Positions 19,037-29,907 of a stretch of 64,000 bases of DNA are shown here, in pieces (the first letter of the stretch is position 1; each line of letters begins with the position of its first letter). Below the pieces are notes generated by a model. The model did no database searches. It saw only the letters and a list, made by a program, of their open reading frames with translations, and was not told the origin of the DNA. Position numbers and translations under genes: made by a program. Origin of the DNA: Nitrosopumilus sp. (lineage in GTDB: Archaea > Thermoproteota > Nitrososphaeria > Nitrososphaerales > Nitrosopumilaceae); assembly GCA_965204345.1 (NCBI GenBank), contig OZ241981.1, forward strand, positions 128,001-192,000, given 5' to 3'.

Positions 19037-19338
19037 TACAAATGATGTCCTGCATATCCGCCAACCTTTTTTACAGTGCCTTTGTCTGCAGATTCCCTTA
19101 GAAATGCATTTGCAGCAGAGATCTTGACTCCTGTCTGTCTTGCAAGATCCTGAACTGTGAGAACTTTGGCATTTTGAATGATCTTGATTGCTTGCTGTTC
19201 GTTGAGCATGACTATAATCTCTGCCTTTTTCTGTCCTCCTCCTCCTCCTTCACCCTTGTCTTTCTTGCCTTTTTTGGAATCCTTGGAACCGCCTGACTTG
19301 TCTTTGTTTGCGGCAGTTGGTTTTTTTGCTCCACCCAT
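19018..19338 (-). CDS. rps25e: 30S ribosomal protein S25e
   Basis: Lys-rich N-terminus, LTVQDLARQTGVKISAANAFL winged helix. Confidence 0.8.
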   Translation of the reverse strand: MGGAKKPTAANKDKSGGSKDSKKGKKDKGEGGGGGQKKAEIIVMLNEQQAIKIIQNAKVLTVQDLARQTGVKISAANAFLRESADKGTVKKVGGYAGHHLYQIASS

Positions 19339-19450
19339 GGGTCTTGAAAAAAATATTCCTCTTATAAACGATGAACAGACTTTTGGTTTTTTGGTTAATT
19401 GAAATTAAGTTTATTCTCTCTCTCAAGAAGTATAAATAATATCTTTACTA

Positions 19451-19672
19451 TTGTATCATATGGGCATAGTATCCAAAGGCGCTAAATGTAATTTTGATGG
19501 GTGCGGCCAAGATGGTGCACGCTCCCTTAATACAAGCAAAGTTGAAAATGCCGGTCTTCGTGTCAATTCGACAGGGAAGAAAACCGTCCTTTGCAAGGAA
19601 CATTACAAAGAATACAAAAAAGAATCCAAAGATGATCGTGATCTTGAGCGCGCCCGCTTTAACAAGTTTTAG
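19451..19672 (+). CDS. small conserved Zn-binding protein
   Basis: CNFDGC...LCKEHYKEYKK. Confidence 0.8.
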   Translation: MYHMGIVSKGAKCNFDGCGQDGARSLNTSKVENAGLRVNSTGKKTVLCKEHYKEYKKESKDDRDLERARFNKF

Positions 19673-20754
19673 TCCTCTCTTTTAGTCTTATTTGATGGAT
19701 TTTTGATATAGTCATCACTTAATTTCTGATATAGCTTGTCTAGTTTTTTATAAAGTCTTTTTGGCTTTCTTTTTTCTTGATTGCTAAGAACATACAGTGC
19801 AAGGACTGGAAATGCTATGGTGGCATCTGCATATACTGTGATCATTCCGTTATGTGCGTCTTGAACCTTGCCCCAACTTTTTCCTTCTTGCAGCGTTGCA
19901 CCTGACAACCCCCCTGTATCAGGGCGCGCATCTGTAATCTGTATGATGTAATCCTGTCCTCCGTCTCCTCTTTTTAAAATTTGATCCAGTAACGGGCCTG
20001 TCTGCTGTGCCGTATTCTTTGGCACTCCCCCTCCAAGCTCCAAAATTCCTGATTTTTTTGAATCATATAAAATTGCGGCCTGCTCAATAATCTCTCTTAC
20101 AAAATCCAAGCTGTATGTCTTGCCTTCTAATCTGTGAACAGCCAAGTTAAGTGCCAATGATGAATCCTTGATGGTTGAGATGTATACTGGAACATCATAG
20201 TCATACGCTGCAGTAATGAAGCTTTTTTCTGGATGTTTTGCGTTTTTTTTACTCATTTTTCCCATCAGATTACAAAATTCTGCCGTCGTAAACGGCCTGT
20301 CTGGAAAATCTTTGGCAAACATTTTTTGAACTAGTGCATCTTGGGCCTCTAGTGTCTCGTTAAACTTTATGTATACGTCTCTAATCCTGACTATTTCGTT
20401 CTCGTACAATTTCATATCGTCCACATTAAAACTCCCCTGCTTGACTGGCAGTCCCCATGCAAAGTGATCTTCATGGTATACGTTGGCCCCTGTTGTTATT
20501 ATCCAGTCAACAAATCCCCTCTCAATCAGTGTTTTAATTATTCCTCCAAATCCAACCGGTGTCATCGCCCCTGATACTGTCAAGCAAATCGTTACATCTT
20601 CTTTGATCATTTTTGCGTACATTTTTGCAGCATCCCCAAGCTGTCTCCCATTATACCCTGAACCTGCAAAAACATCTACCAAATCCCCTATGGTCATCTT
20701 TGGATCCAATTTTATGTGCGGGATGTCTCTGCCGTGAAACTCGTGCGGATTCAT
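19669..20754 (-). CDS. dys: deoxyhypusine synthase family protein
   Basis: SGAMTPVG, TTGAN, GGGVPKN, GGLSGATLQEGKSWGK. Confidence 0.9.
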   Translation of the reverse strand: MNPHEFHGRDIPHIKLDPKMTIGDLVDVFAGSGYNGRQLGDAAKMYAKMIKEDVTICLTVSGAMTPVGFGGIIKTLIERGFVDWIITTGANVYHEDHFAWGLPVKQGSFNVDDMKLYENEIVRIRDVYIKFNETLEAQDALVQKMFAKDFPDRPFTTAEFCNLMGKMSKKNAKHPEKSFITAAYDYDVPVYISTIKDSSLALNLAVHRLEGKTYSLDFVREIIEQAAILYDSKKSGILELGGGVPKNTAQQTGPLLDQILKRGDGGQDYIIQITDARPDTGGLSGATLQEGKSWGKVQDAHNGMITVYADATIAFPVLALYVLSNQEKRKPKRLYKKLDKLYQKLSDDYIKNPSNKTKRED

Positions 20755-20863
20755 ATTTAGAAAATCAAATTTTTAGTAAATAATGCTATCGTATTGTTTT
20801 ATTTACAATGCATGTAACTGTCAACTAATTATAACTTATTTAGTAAACACGGTAAAACTTTGC

Positions 20864-21202
20864 ATGGTAAATGTTGTTGACCTGCACGATCCCGCTAGGG
20901 TGGATCGAGTTCCTGATGCCGTGGAGGTCTTGCTATCCTCTGGAAACTTCATCCAGGACGAGTTTTCAATCTGCAGGGTAGAACTGCGCCTATACAAAGA
21001 GCAGACTGATGAGAAACTGGGAATTTTCTCCTTGATTACCTCTTTTGTTGAGACTGATCATGGTACTGTTGAGATGATTTATGATGAAGGGTTTCGTGGC
21101 AGGGATTCCCTTTTACGCGCATCGCAGTTTCTTACCTCCAATCTGGGAATATCTGCCTTAATCTTGCGCTCAGTTATTGTTTTACGTGAAAAATCAAACT
21201 AG
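20864..21202 (+). CDS. conserved hypothetical protein
   Basis: ORF 20783-21202; ATG of MVNVVDL at 20864 taken as likely start. Confidence 0.65.
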   Translation: MVNVVDLHDPARVDRVPDAVEVLLSSGNFIQDEFSICRVELRLYKEQTDEKLGIFSLITSFVETDHGTVEMIYDEGFRGRDSLLRASQFLTSNLGISALILRSVIVLREKSN

Positions 21203-21224
21203 CATCCAACCTGACAGAATATCC

Positions 21225-21722
21225 TTACCATGCTTTGCCCTGTTCCCTTAATTTTGCCTGCATGTCTTCTGAAATTGTTTTTAATGTGTGCAGATCATAG
21301 TTTGCGTTTGTAAAGTTTATCGATGAAAGTGTCGCACCCTCAAAGTTTGCATGTCTCATATTCACTCCGCTCAAATCCGCATTTTCCAAATCCGCATTTT
21401 CCAAATCCGCATAAAACAAATCCGCGCCATTTAGATTTGCATTGCGTAAATCCGCGCCATACAATTCAGCATCCCATAGTTTTGCGTTTGAGATATCCGC
21501 ATTACGCAAATCAGTTCCTCTCAGCTTGACATAAAATAAGATTGCCCCGCTCAAATCCGAGTCACTAAGATCAGTGCGGCTCAAATCCGCATTGTGTATG
21601 TCTCTGCCATGCAGGTTCACTCCTTTCATGTTTGTATCTGACAGATTCCTCCCAATCAACTCCTCGTATTCAAAATTTATTTTTGAGAGATTTCGCCTTT
21701 TAAACACATCTGATGGGTTCAT
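21225..21722 (-). CDS. pentapeptide repeat protein
   Basis: A(D/N)Lxx repeats; 15-nt periodic aaatccgc in DNA. Confidence 0.92.
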   Translation of the reverse strand: MNPSDVFKRRNLSKINFEYEELIGRNLSDTNMKGVNLHGRDIHNADLSRTDLSDSDLSGAILFYVKLRGTDLRNADISNAKLWDAELYGADLRNANLNGADLFYADLENADLENADLSGVNMRHANFEGATLSSINFTNANYDLHTLKTISEDMQAKLREQGKAW

Positions 21723-21777
21723 TGAGTGTTGTTCTATATATCACAACACATTTGAATTTAGATCAACTGTGGCCATA

Positions 21778-21933
21778 TCACTGCTTGAACAGCTCTAATT
21801 CCTGCAAAACTTTGCCCATAGAATGCTTCCACCTTCGCATTTCTTCGATATCATGTGGTCTGTTTTGCTCCAATTCATTTTTCTCCCTGAGTAACTCCTG
21901 ATGTCGCCTGCTGTCTGTTTTCTTCTTATGCAC
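21778..21933 (-). CDS. small hypothetical protein (51 aa; not in ORF track)
   Basis: GTG start; MHKKKTDSRRHQELLREKNELEQNRPHDIEEMRRWKHSMGKVLQELELFKQ. Confidence 0.55.
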   Translation of the reverse strand: MHKKKTDSRRHQELLREKNELEQNRPHDIEEMRRWKHSMGKVLQELELFKQ

Positions 21934-22069
21934 ATTTTTTTATTCTGATCTCCGAATAAATCTCTATTTGCTATTTCTCCTCTGCCAATTTTTGGCTGGA
22001 GCATTTTCTGTGTAAGAGATTACGGCCTTTTGGGAATCGTATATTTATGCCATATTTGGATGTCTTAGC

Positions 22070-23941
22070 ATGCGCATATTGCAATTGCATTGTGATCATA
22101 TTGAATACACGCCTACAAAAAAAGAGATTAAATCCGCTGAGGATATAGAAAACCCTCAAACCCAAAGGCTTGAAGATCTTGTAGTCGTATTTGTGGCAAT
22201 AGAGGACGGCGATGACTCTACAGTTGCACAAAATGCCATCTCACAAATAAAAAATTCCATGGAAAAAATCGGTTGTAAAAAACTGCTATTGTATCCCTAT
22301 GCCCATCTTAGCTCTAATCTGGCAAAGCCCTCAGTTGCAATGGCACTGCTAAGAGAGATGGAGACTGGCGCCTCTGATCTGGATAAAGTCACCCATTCCC
22401 CGTTTGGATGGACAAAATCATACAGCATCCAAGTTAAGGGACATCCCCTTGCAGAAAGTTCCAAAGTTGTTACAAAAGATTCTGCTGGTTCAAGACCTGA
22501 TGAGGAAATAACTTCTGATGCACTCAAAGGAGAATCTAAAATCCGTTCATACTGGAAGATACTGTCTCCTGAGGGAACAATGACTAACATTGGCGACTTT
22601 GATTTTTCAAAACACAGAAAATTAGAAATCCTAGCAAAATACGAGTCTGCAAAAATTCGCAAAGCTGATCAGCCTCCGCCACACGTTGCTTTGATGAAAA
22701 AAATGGGAATTTCTGATTACGAACCTGTATCTGATTCGGGAAACATGAGGTTTTATCCTAATGGCCGCCTGATAAAATCCCTGATTGAAAGATATGTCAC
22801 TGATAGGGTAAAGGACTATGGCGGATGTGAAGTTGAAACCCCAATCATGTATGACTCTGAACATCCAAGCATGGTCAGCTACTTTAATCGGTTTCCTGCC
22901 CGACAATACAGTATTGATTCAGAAGGCAAAAAATTATTCTTAAGATTTGCAGCGTGCTTTGGACAATTTCTCATGGCCAACCAATATCAGTTATCATACA
23001 AGAACCTGCCATACAAACTCTATGAACTTACCCGTTATAGTTTCAGACGGGAGCAATCCGGCGAACTTGTTGGCTTGAGACGGTTAAGAGCATTTACAAT
23101 GCCTGACTGTCATGCATTTTGCAAAGATATGAAGCAGGCAGTCGATGAAATCAAGGACAGGTTTGATTTATCACAAAGCGTTCTTGGCGAATTGGGCATC
23201 AATGAATCTGATTATGATATGGCAATCAGATTTACTGAGGATTTTTACAACGAGCATAAATCTGCCATTGAAGAACTGGTCAAAAAACATGGCAGGCCTG
23301 TGCTAGTTGAAATGTGGAAAGAAAAGTTCTTTTATTTTGTCTTAAAATGGGAATTTAACTTTGTTGACGGGTTGGGAAAGGCATCTGCATTATCCACTGA
23401 TCAAATTGACGTGGAAAACGCAGAGAGATACGGTATTGGTTTTGTAGATGAAAACAACGCCAAACAACATCCGATTATTTTGCACAATTCGCCTAGTGGC
23501 GCAATTGAGAGAATAATCTATGCGTTGCTGGAAAAGGCAGCAAAGGATTCCTATGAGGGACGAAAACCCCAACTGCCCCTTTGGCTTGCACCTACACAGG
23601 TTAGAATTATTCCCCTCAAAGAGGAGTTTGGCACATTTTCAGAAACCCTTGGCGATAAAATCTCTGCAAATAACATTCGAGTTGATATTGATGACAGAAA
23701 TGAAAGTATTGGGAAAAGAATACGTGAGGCAGAAAAAGAATGGATACGATACATCTTGGTAATTGGTGAGAAGGAAGCCGGTTCTGAAAACCTAAGCATT
23801 CGCGATAGACAGACAGGAAGTGTCAGGGAGCTGTCTTTTGATGACTTTGTAAACGAAATTAATGAACAAACAAGCGGCAAGCCGTTTGCAGGTTTGAATC
23901 TGCCAAAACATCTCTCAAAGAGACCAAATCTGATGGTGTAA
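22070..23941 (+). CDS. thrS: threonyl-tRNA synthetase (archaeal type)
   Basis: MRILQLHCD editing domain, YPYAHLS, LRFAACFGQF, RLRAFTMPDCH. Confidence 0.97.
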   Translation: MRILQLHCDHIEYTPTKKEIKSAEDIENPQTQRLEDLVVVFVAIEDGDDSTVAQNAISQIKNSMEKIGCKKLLLYPYAHLSSNLAKPSVAMALLREMETGASDLDKVTHSPFGWTKSYSIQVKGHPLAESSKVVTKDSAGSRPDEEITSDALKGESKIRSYWKILSPEGTMTNIGDFDFSKHRKLEILAKYESAKIRKADQPPPHVALMKKMGISDYEPVSDSGNMRFYPNGRLIKSLIERYVTDRVKDYGGCEVETPIMYDSEHPSMVSYFNRFPARQYSIDSEGKKLFLRFAACFGQFLMANQYQLSYKNLPYKLYELTRYSFRREQSGELVGLRRLRAFTMPDCHAFCKDMKQAVDEIKDRFDLSQSVLGELGINESDYDMAIRFTEDFYNEHKSAIEELVKKHGRPVLVEMWKEKFFYFVLKWEFNFVDGLGKASALSTDQIDVENAERYGIGFVDENNAKQHPIILHNSPSGAIERIIYALLEKAAKDSYEGRKPQLPLWLAPTQVRIIPLKEEFGTFSETLGDKISANNIRVDIDDRNESIGKRIREAEKEWIRYILVIGEKEAGSENLSIRDRQTGSVRELSFDDFVNEINEQTSGKPFAGLNLPKHLSKRPNLMV

Positions 23942-23945
23942 AATT

Positions 23946-24821
23946 ATGAGCTTCCTTGATCTTTACATGAACAACAGTCCTTTGATCACATCATCTGGTG
24001 ATGATTCAGAACCTGTGGCTATCCTCCTTGGTATTCCCTTTGATGCCACTCACTCTTACAAGCCCGGATGCAGGTTTGGTCCTGATGCCATTCGTGACTC
24101 GTTTAACAATATTGAGATCTTCCATCCCGGCCTTGGAATTGATTTAGAAACTGTACATATTGAGGACTTGGGAAATACCCGGCACACTGTTGTTGCATCT
24201 GAAATGATTGACATGGTAAAAAAAATTACCGCCGAAATTGTATCAAAACAGAAACAGCTGTTTGTTCTAGGAGGGGAGCATTCCATTACATATGGTACAT
24301 ACACTAGCTTTCCAAAAGAAACCGGCTATGTTGTATTTGATGCTCACTATGATCTGCGTGATGAGTTTGCAGATATCAAACTAAGCCACGCATCTTATTT
24401 GCGACGAATCGTTGAGCAAAGAGGCGCTGAAAATATTTTACATGTTGGTGCAAGGGCCTTTGTTAAGGAGGAGCTGGAATTTTTAACAGAAAATAAAATC
24501 AATACCATTTCTGATAAAGAAATTCGGGCCGGAAATGGCCCCTCTCTTCTTAAGGACTATGTGTCCACCTTTGATGCCGTTTATTCCAGCTTTGATCTTG
24601 ATGTCTTAGATCCTGCCTTTGCACCCGGCGTGGGAAATCCTGAAGCCGTGGGAATCACCTCTAGGGAGCTCTTTGATATGATTGGTTCTTTTGATAATAC
24701 CCGAGTAACAGGCGCTGACATTGTAGAATTAAATCCCTACCATGATAACGGCTCAACTGCCTCGCTTGCCGCAAAAATAATTTCTACCCTGATTGCACTA
24801 AATCTGTCACAAAACAGCTAG
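23946..24821 (+). CDS. speB: agmatinase
   Basis: GGEHSIT, DAHYD, DLDVLDPAFAPGVGNPE. Confidence 0.93.
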   Translation: MSFLDLYMNNSPLITSSGDDSEPVAILLGIPFDATHSYKPGCRFGPDAIRDSFNNIEIFHPGLGIDLETVHIEDLGNTRHTVVASEMIDMVKKITAEIVSKQKQLFVLGGEHSITYGTYTSFPKETGYVVFDAHYDLRDEFADIKLSHASYLRRIVEQRGAENILHVGARAFVKEELEFLTENKINTISDKEIRAGNGPSLLKDYVSTFDAVYSSFDLDVLDPAFAPGVGNPEAVGITSRELFDMIGSFDNTRVTGADIVELNPYHDNGSTASLAAKIISTLIALNLSQNS

Positions 24822-25043
24822 ACACATCCAATTTTTTATGCCGGGAATTTTTTACAAGTACCGCAGGCAACATTTCAAAACCCCTCGTGCCTCCCATCAA
24901 AACCATCAATTTATTATTCATATCGTGTGTATGTCATGTTCCTTTATCTGACCCGTCGGTTTTCCTAATTGGCAGCATCTTGCTCTGGTTTGCTTTGATT
25001 TTTGTACTGCTCACTTTATTAGATGGTGTTTTGAGGGTATCTC

Positions 25044-25616
25044 GTGTTAAACAACCTAAGGGATACACTTCGACCAGCACTTGAAAAAATTGGCAAAGGA
25101 TTTGCATCTACTGGCCTTTCCCCTAATTTCTGGACTGGCGTTGGATTGGCCTTTGCACTAATCTCTGCTGCTGTGTATGGCATGGGACTTGAGTTTGGCC
25201 TAGTTCTTGGGGGTATTTTGCTACTTGTTTCTGGATTTTTTGATATGGTTGATGGTCAGGTTGCTAGGGCTACTGGCAAAACATCGATTAAGGGTTCCTA
25301 CCTTGATTCGATGTTTGATAAAATAGCCGAGGTTGCAATATTTTTAGGAATCCTGGTTGGAGGGTATGCCGAACCTTACCTCGTATTGCTTGCAATCACG
25401 TTATCGCTGCTAGTAAGCTATGCTAGAGCAAAATCCGACTCTATAAACATCAAACTACAGGGAATTGGTATTGGTGAACGTGCAGAACGACTTTTGGTAA
25501 TTGCAATTATTGGCATCATTGGATTTATGGACTATGCCGTAGTTATTGTTGCAGTAATTGCAGCAATTACGTTAATACAAAGAATGATTTTTACTGCAAA
25601 AAACATCAAAGAATAA
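25044..25616 (+). CDS. CDP-alcohol phosphatidyltransferase (archaetidylinositol phosphate synthase-like)
   Basis: DMVDGQVAR...GSYLDSMFD motif. Confidence 0.92.
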   Translation: MLNNLRDTLRPALEKIGKGFASTGLSPNFWTGVGLAFALISAAVYGMGLEFGLVLGGILLLVSGFFDMVDGQVARATGKTSIKGSYLDSMFDKIAEVAIFLGILVGGYAEPYLVLLAITLSLLVSYARAKSDSINIKLQGIGIGERAERLLVIAIIGIIGFMDYAVVIVAVIAAITLIQRMIFTAKNIKE

Positions 25617-25618
25617 CT

Positions 25619-25912
25619 TTAACGGAGTTTTCCGCGTTTTCTTCTGTTATCTGCGGATCTAATTTTTAGAATTTTAAAATGAATCGCACATGAAATGCAA
25701 TAATGCTTCAAAACTGTCGGCGATGCAATGTATGCGCCTTGTGCACGCAATTCTTTTGCCAATGTGTGCTCCACTAGATTTAGCTTTGATGTAACTTTTT
25801 TTGCCTTGTCTTTTGGCACTGTCTGTCCACAGTTTGTACACTGTACCACGCCTGAGGAACCCTTTCCTCCCTTAGTGCGACCTCTACTTGCACGCTTAAG
25901 TGGCATGAACAT
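25619..25912 (-). CDS. rps26e: 30S ribosomal protein S26e
   Basis: CTNCGQTVPKDKAKK...YCISCAIH. Confidence 0.95.
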   Translation of the reverse strand: MFMPLKRASRGRTKGGKGSSGVVQCTNCGQTVPKDKAKKVTSKLNLVEHTLAKELRAQGAYIASPTVLKHYCISCAIHFKILKIRSADNRRKRGKLR

Positions 25913-27784
25913 GAACTGATTTGCCTACTTATATTCTTGTTCCATTCAATTGTTTTATCTTCTTTGGGTCCAAACTTTTTTTATAAATGGATTTCTTAGC
26001 AGGGCTGTATTGTTTGGATTTGGTTGGATCTGAGTCAAGTAACCCCAGATATGGCACTTTGTGAGCCTGTATTAGTGCACCGGGTTTAGGTCTTGACTCT
26101 CTTGTGGGAACTATGCCATCTTATGAAAATAATACAGATGTTTTTCTCAGTGACGCTCAAACATGGGTGGGAAGGGGAGGAGTAGGAGGAGGAGGCAACG
26201 AATCTGCAAATTCAACCCATTGAAAGCCGAGGACAAATAAACGGGCAAGCAAAATTTTATGCAGAAACTTGCAGAAATTGCCTGTGTTGCCGACTCTAAT
26301 TTAGCATTCTGCTGAATCATAAAAAACAATGTTGTAGGGTATGTATCCTAACCAAAGTCTCTGCAGATGAAACTAGACACAGCAGGACAAATAATTTCTG
26401 ATTCTGTAGCAAACGCCATGTTGGCGAGTTTGAAAATTGAAAAACAGATATTTCCACACATGATTTTGTTTCACTTGGTCATGTTTGAAATGATATTGAT
26501 GTACAATAAAAGCACGTGATAAGAATGTAGAAAATACAAAATTCAAATTTGCTGACAGTGCAAAGTTGTCTGTAGATAATCCAAGACAACCTGCCATGAT
26601 ACGGATGATTCTAAAACCGAATTTTTTACGTCTGTTGCATATCAAACTATCCCTGATAAGAGGGTCTGCTTGATGTAAAATAATATGCTGAACAAAACAC
26701 ATATGGATTTATAGCTGATGACTGCAACAAAAAAATGTTTGCATCCTGTGATTGATCCTCTTACTGTCTCTACATGCATTGGATGTGGCACTGATGAAGA
26801 TGATCTTGCTAATGCAATTAGCAGTAATGGAAATCTTTTCAAATTATCCAACTTTGAAAATCAAACGCCGTACGGTTTATCTTGCATGAATCAGGCGGTG
26901 CAGACAGTCTTGTCTTTTTAAATTTTTAACTAATCTGACAGAAAAGAAGCGTAACTATATTTCTAGTAATGCATGCATAATTCATGATAAAGGTTCTAAA
27001 TTACAAGCAATTATTCATCATGATTATTTTGCAGATTGCCCACTTGATATCACAAATGGGAAAAGTTTGGCATCTGTGACATTAGATTTGACTTTTGCAA
27101 AATCAACGGGCTTTACGCGATGCAGTAACTAGAATATAAAATGGAAAAAATCAAACGCCTGATACTATCACTGACGGGATGTTCTTAGCATGGCAATCCT
27201 GATAATTCTATCATCATTGAAAATGCCTGTCTGAAATTCAGACTGCTGATGATTCGGTCCTTGTTTCTGGCTGGTTCAAAAACAATGCCTGCTGATGGGG
27301 TAAGAACAATCAGACGACGGCTCTGCATCTGCTAGCATCATAGAGTGTGCATGATTTGCAACGACGCAGTTGATCCTTTTGCTATCAAATGCGTCAGCTG
27401 ATCCTGATTTGAAAGTAGATGGCACCCAAGATGAAATAATCCTTATCCTCTCTGACTGGATTAAAAACAGCGTTTTGTGGATGTCTGCGGGTTTGACTGG
27501 TGATGATATCTCTCTGCTAATGGGGTGGGCAATATTTGATAAAAAATAAGATAATGCCTGCAAATTGACCCTAGTTTTATATTATTTTGTGCCCAAGTCT
27601 AGCAAATTCTTCATCTTTTAATCTTAGATTGTGTAATGTCTATTGATGCGCATGAATGGTCTTTGTCATAATTGCTTCAAATCCGGAATCAAAGTTTTTG
27701 TATCAAAGGGAGACATTTTGTGTCAGGATTGCCTTGATAAAGCCAATGCAAAAAACTAAATCCACATTCCCATGAGTTTTAGAA

Positions 27785-28657
27785 ATGAAACTGGCGATTT
27801 TTGGTCACTGTGCAATTGATACCATTCATCTAAATAATTCCAAGTATGAGCAAGTTGGAGGATCTGCATGCTACTGTGGAATTACTGCAAGGCAATTCAA
27901 GTTTGAGGTAGACTTGTTTACAAAGTATGGCCCTGATTTTCAAAGACGATACTTGACTGAACATAAAATCAATCCTGTCAACCCTGATTCTGACCAAAAA
28001 ACTACCAAATTTTCCATATCCGTTGATGGCTCTGATAGGACCCTCAAGCTTGAGAATCAGTGCGATGCCATACAATACGATGCAGTTTCTGCTGATGGCC
28101 ACCTTGTCAGTCCCATATATCATGAAATTTCTAGTGAAATGTTCTCAAAAATTAAAAACGATTCCAATTTTATTCTTGTTGATCCTCAGGGGTTTTTGAG
28201 ACAGACTGATTCCTCAAATAATGTCATCTTACAAAATAATTCTGATCTTGATTTGTCTGGTGTAGATGCAATCAAGGTTAACCCTGATGAAGCCAGGTGT
28301 ATTGTTAATGGAACTGGTGATGAAATGATGTTGGCCTTGCAGAAAAAAGGTGTCAGGCATGTATTGCTAACTAACAAGGCTGACGTGTCCTTGCTGGTAA
28401 AAGACAAAATTTATTCCATTACCCTTCCAAATACCCAAATTTATGATACGACTGGCGTGGGTGATATCTTTTGTTCTGCATTTAGCTGCGCCCTTTTAAA
28501 GGAAAGAGACTTTTTGTGGGCTTTGTGTTTTGCAGGTGGTGCCGCACAGGCTGCACTTGAATCCAAAAACGTAGGACTGCAAAAAATTCCCAAAAAAGGA
28601 ACTATTCAAACCAATGCCTCATATTTTTACAATTTGGTAAAATTTCGAGATTTATAG
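27785..28657 (+). CDS. PfkB family sugar/nucleoside kinase
   Basis: GGSACY, DPQG, DTTGVGDIF. Confidence 0.9.
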   Translation: MKLAIFGHCAIDTIHLNNSKYEQVGGSACYCGITARQFKFEVDLFTKYGPDFQRRYLTEHKINPVNPDSDQKTTKFSISVDGSDRTLKLENQCDAIQYDAVSADGHLVSPIYHEISSEMFSKIKNDSNFILVDPQGFLRQTDSSNNVILQNNSDLDLSGVDAIKVNPDEARCIVNGTGDEMMLALQKKGVRHVLLTNKADVSLLVKDKIYSITLPNTQIYDTTGVGDIFCSAFSCALLKERDFLWALCFAGGAAQAALESKNVGLQKIPKKGTIQTNASYFYNLVKFRDL

Positions 28658-28682
28658 TGCATTATTCTTTTATTGAACCAAG

Positions 28683-29696
28683 TTGAATGTTTCTTTTATG
28701 CAAATAGGAATTTACGGCTCTGATTCTACTGACAATGCTACAAAGATGATCAAAAAAATTCTAGATGATTCTGGAATCAAGTCTTTTTCCGTCACAAAAT
28801 CTAGGAACAAGCAGGCTGACTGTGTCATTGTTTTAGGCGGGGACAAGGGCGTCCGAAATTACTTTCATAGAACTTTTGATTCTACCTTGCCCGTGTTGGG
28901 AATCAACGAAGGCGAAGCCAGCGGTTTTTTGGCACAGATAGAACTGCGTGAGTTTGCAACTTATGTCAGTGTCCTAAAAAAACAAAATTACACCGTCGAA
29001 GAGGTTCCACGGTTGGGGGTAAAAATTGATGGAAAAAATGTCTATCCTGTCTTAAATGACGTGGCCGTATTTCCCTCAAAGAGTGCAATGTTGATGGAGC
29101 ATACTTTGAGAGTCAATGGTGATGAAGTATGGCATGATAACGGCGATGGGATAATCGTGTCTACCCCTATTGGTTCGTCTGCATATTCAATGTCCGTAGG
29201 CGGTCCCGTGTTATTCCAAGATTCTGCCGTCTTTGAAATTATTTCTGTCAATTCCCTTGACGTAACTAGGAGGCCAATCATCGTATCCAATGACAGCTCC
29301 ATTGAGATTGATGATATTTCTGCCCGACTGCACTGTGAAGTTATACTTGATGGATTAGATAGGTACAAAGTAAACAAAACCGTCGAGTGTACTCAATTTT
29401 CCCCTCCTGCCAAAATTATCCGGTTAAAAAAAGACACCACTGCAATTTCTGCCCTTGCTAAAAAAGTACATCTTGCAGAGGAATTGCTCAGCATGCCTCC
29501 TAGCTCCAAGCTGCTTTTGAAGACATTAGAATATGAGGGGGCATTAACTCAAAAAGATCTGGCAAATAAAACCCTCCTTCCAGACAGAACCGTCAGACTG
29601 GCACTAAGCCATCTTTTGAAGAAAGGATACGTCAAGAAGAAGGTTTCAATCAGGGATGCAAGGCAAAAAATCTATGAAATACACAAAATTGAATGA
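28683..29696 (+). CDS. nadK: NAD kinase with C-terminal winged-HTH
   Basis: LGGD, LND, GDGIIVSTPIGSSAYSMSVGGP; LTQKDLANKTLLPDRTVR. Confidence 0.88.
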   Translation: MNVSFMQIGIYGSDSTDNATKMIKKILDDSGIKSFSVTKSRNKQADCVIVLGGDKGVRNYFHRTFDSTLPVLGINEGEASGFLAQIELREFATYVSVLKKQNYTVEEVPRLGVKIDGKNVYPVLNDVAVFPSKSAMLMEHTLRVNGDEVWHDNGDGIIVSTPIGSSAYSMSVGGPVLFQDSAVFEIISVNSLDVTRRPIIVSNDSSIEIDDISARLHCEVILDGLDRYKVNKTVECTQFSPPAKIIRLKKDTTAISALAKKVHLAEELLSMPPSSKLLLKTLEYEGALTQKDLANKTLLPDRTVRLALSHLLKKGYVKKKVSIRDARQKIYEIHKIE

Positions 29697-29907
29697 TTTT
29701 TTTTAGGATTTGCCTTTTGTCATTTTGCAGCGTATAGTTTTTCATTTTCAATTGCAATGCTGACACTTGGACTTTCTTTTGACACATGCCTCCAAACAGC
29801 AATCATTTGCGCCTGCAGGCACTTTTGTTCTTTACACTGATTTGCATGTTTTAATACCATTTTTGATGCATGTGCATTCAAAGCTCCCGTTTGTGGAATT
29901 GCATTTT

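Noticed and set aside
21365-21600. Periodic aaatccgc repeats as a non-coding repeat element
   Set aside because: Explained by the 15-nt periodicity of the pentapeptide-repeat gene.
28683-29696. NAD kinase-HTH fusion as a novelty
   Set aside because: Recalled as the usual architecture in Nitrosopumilaceae.
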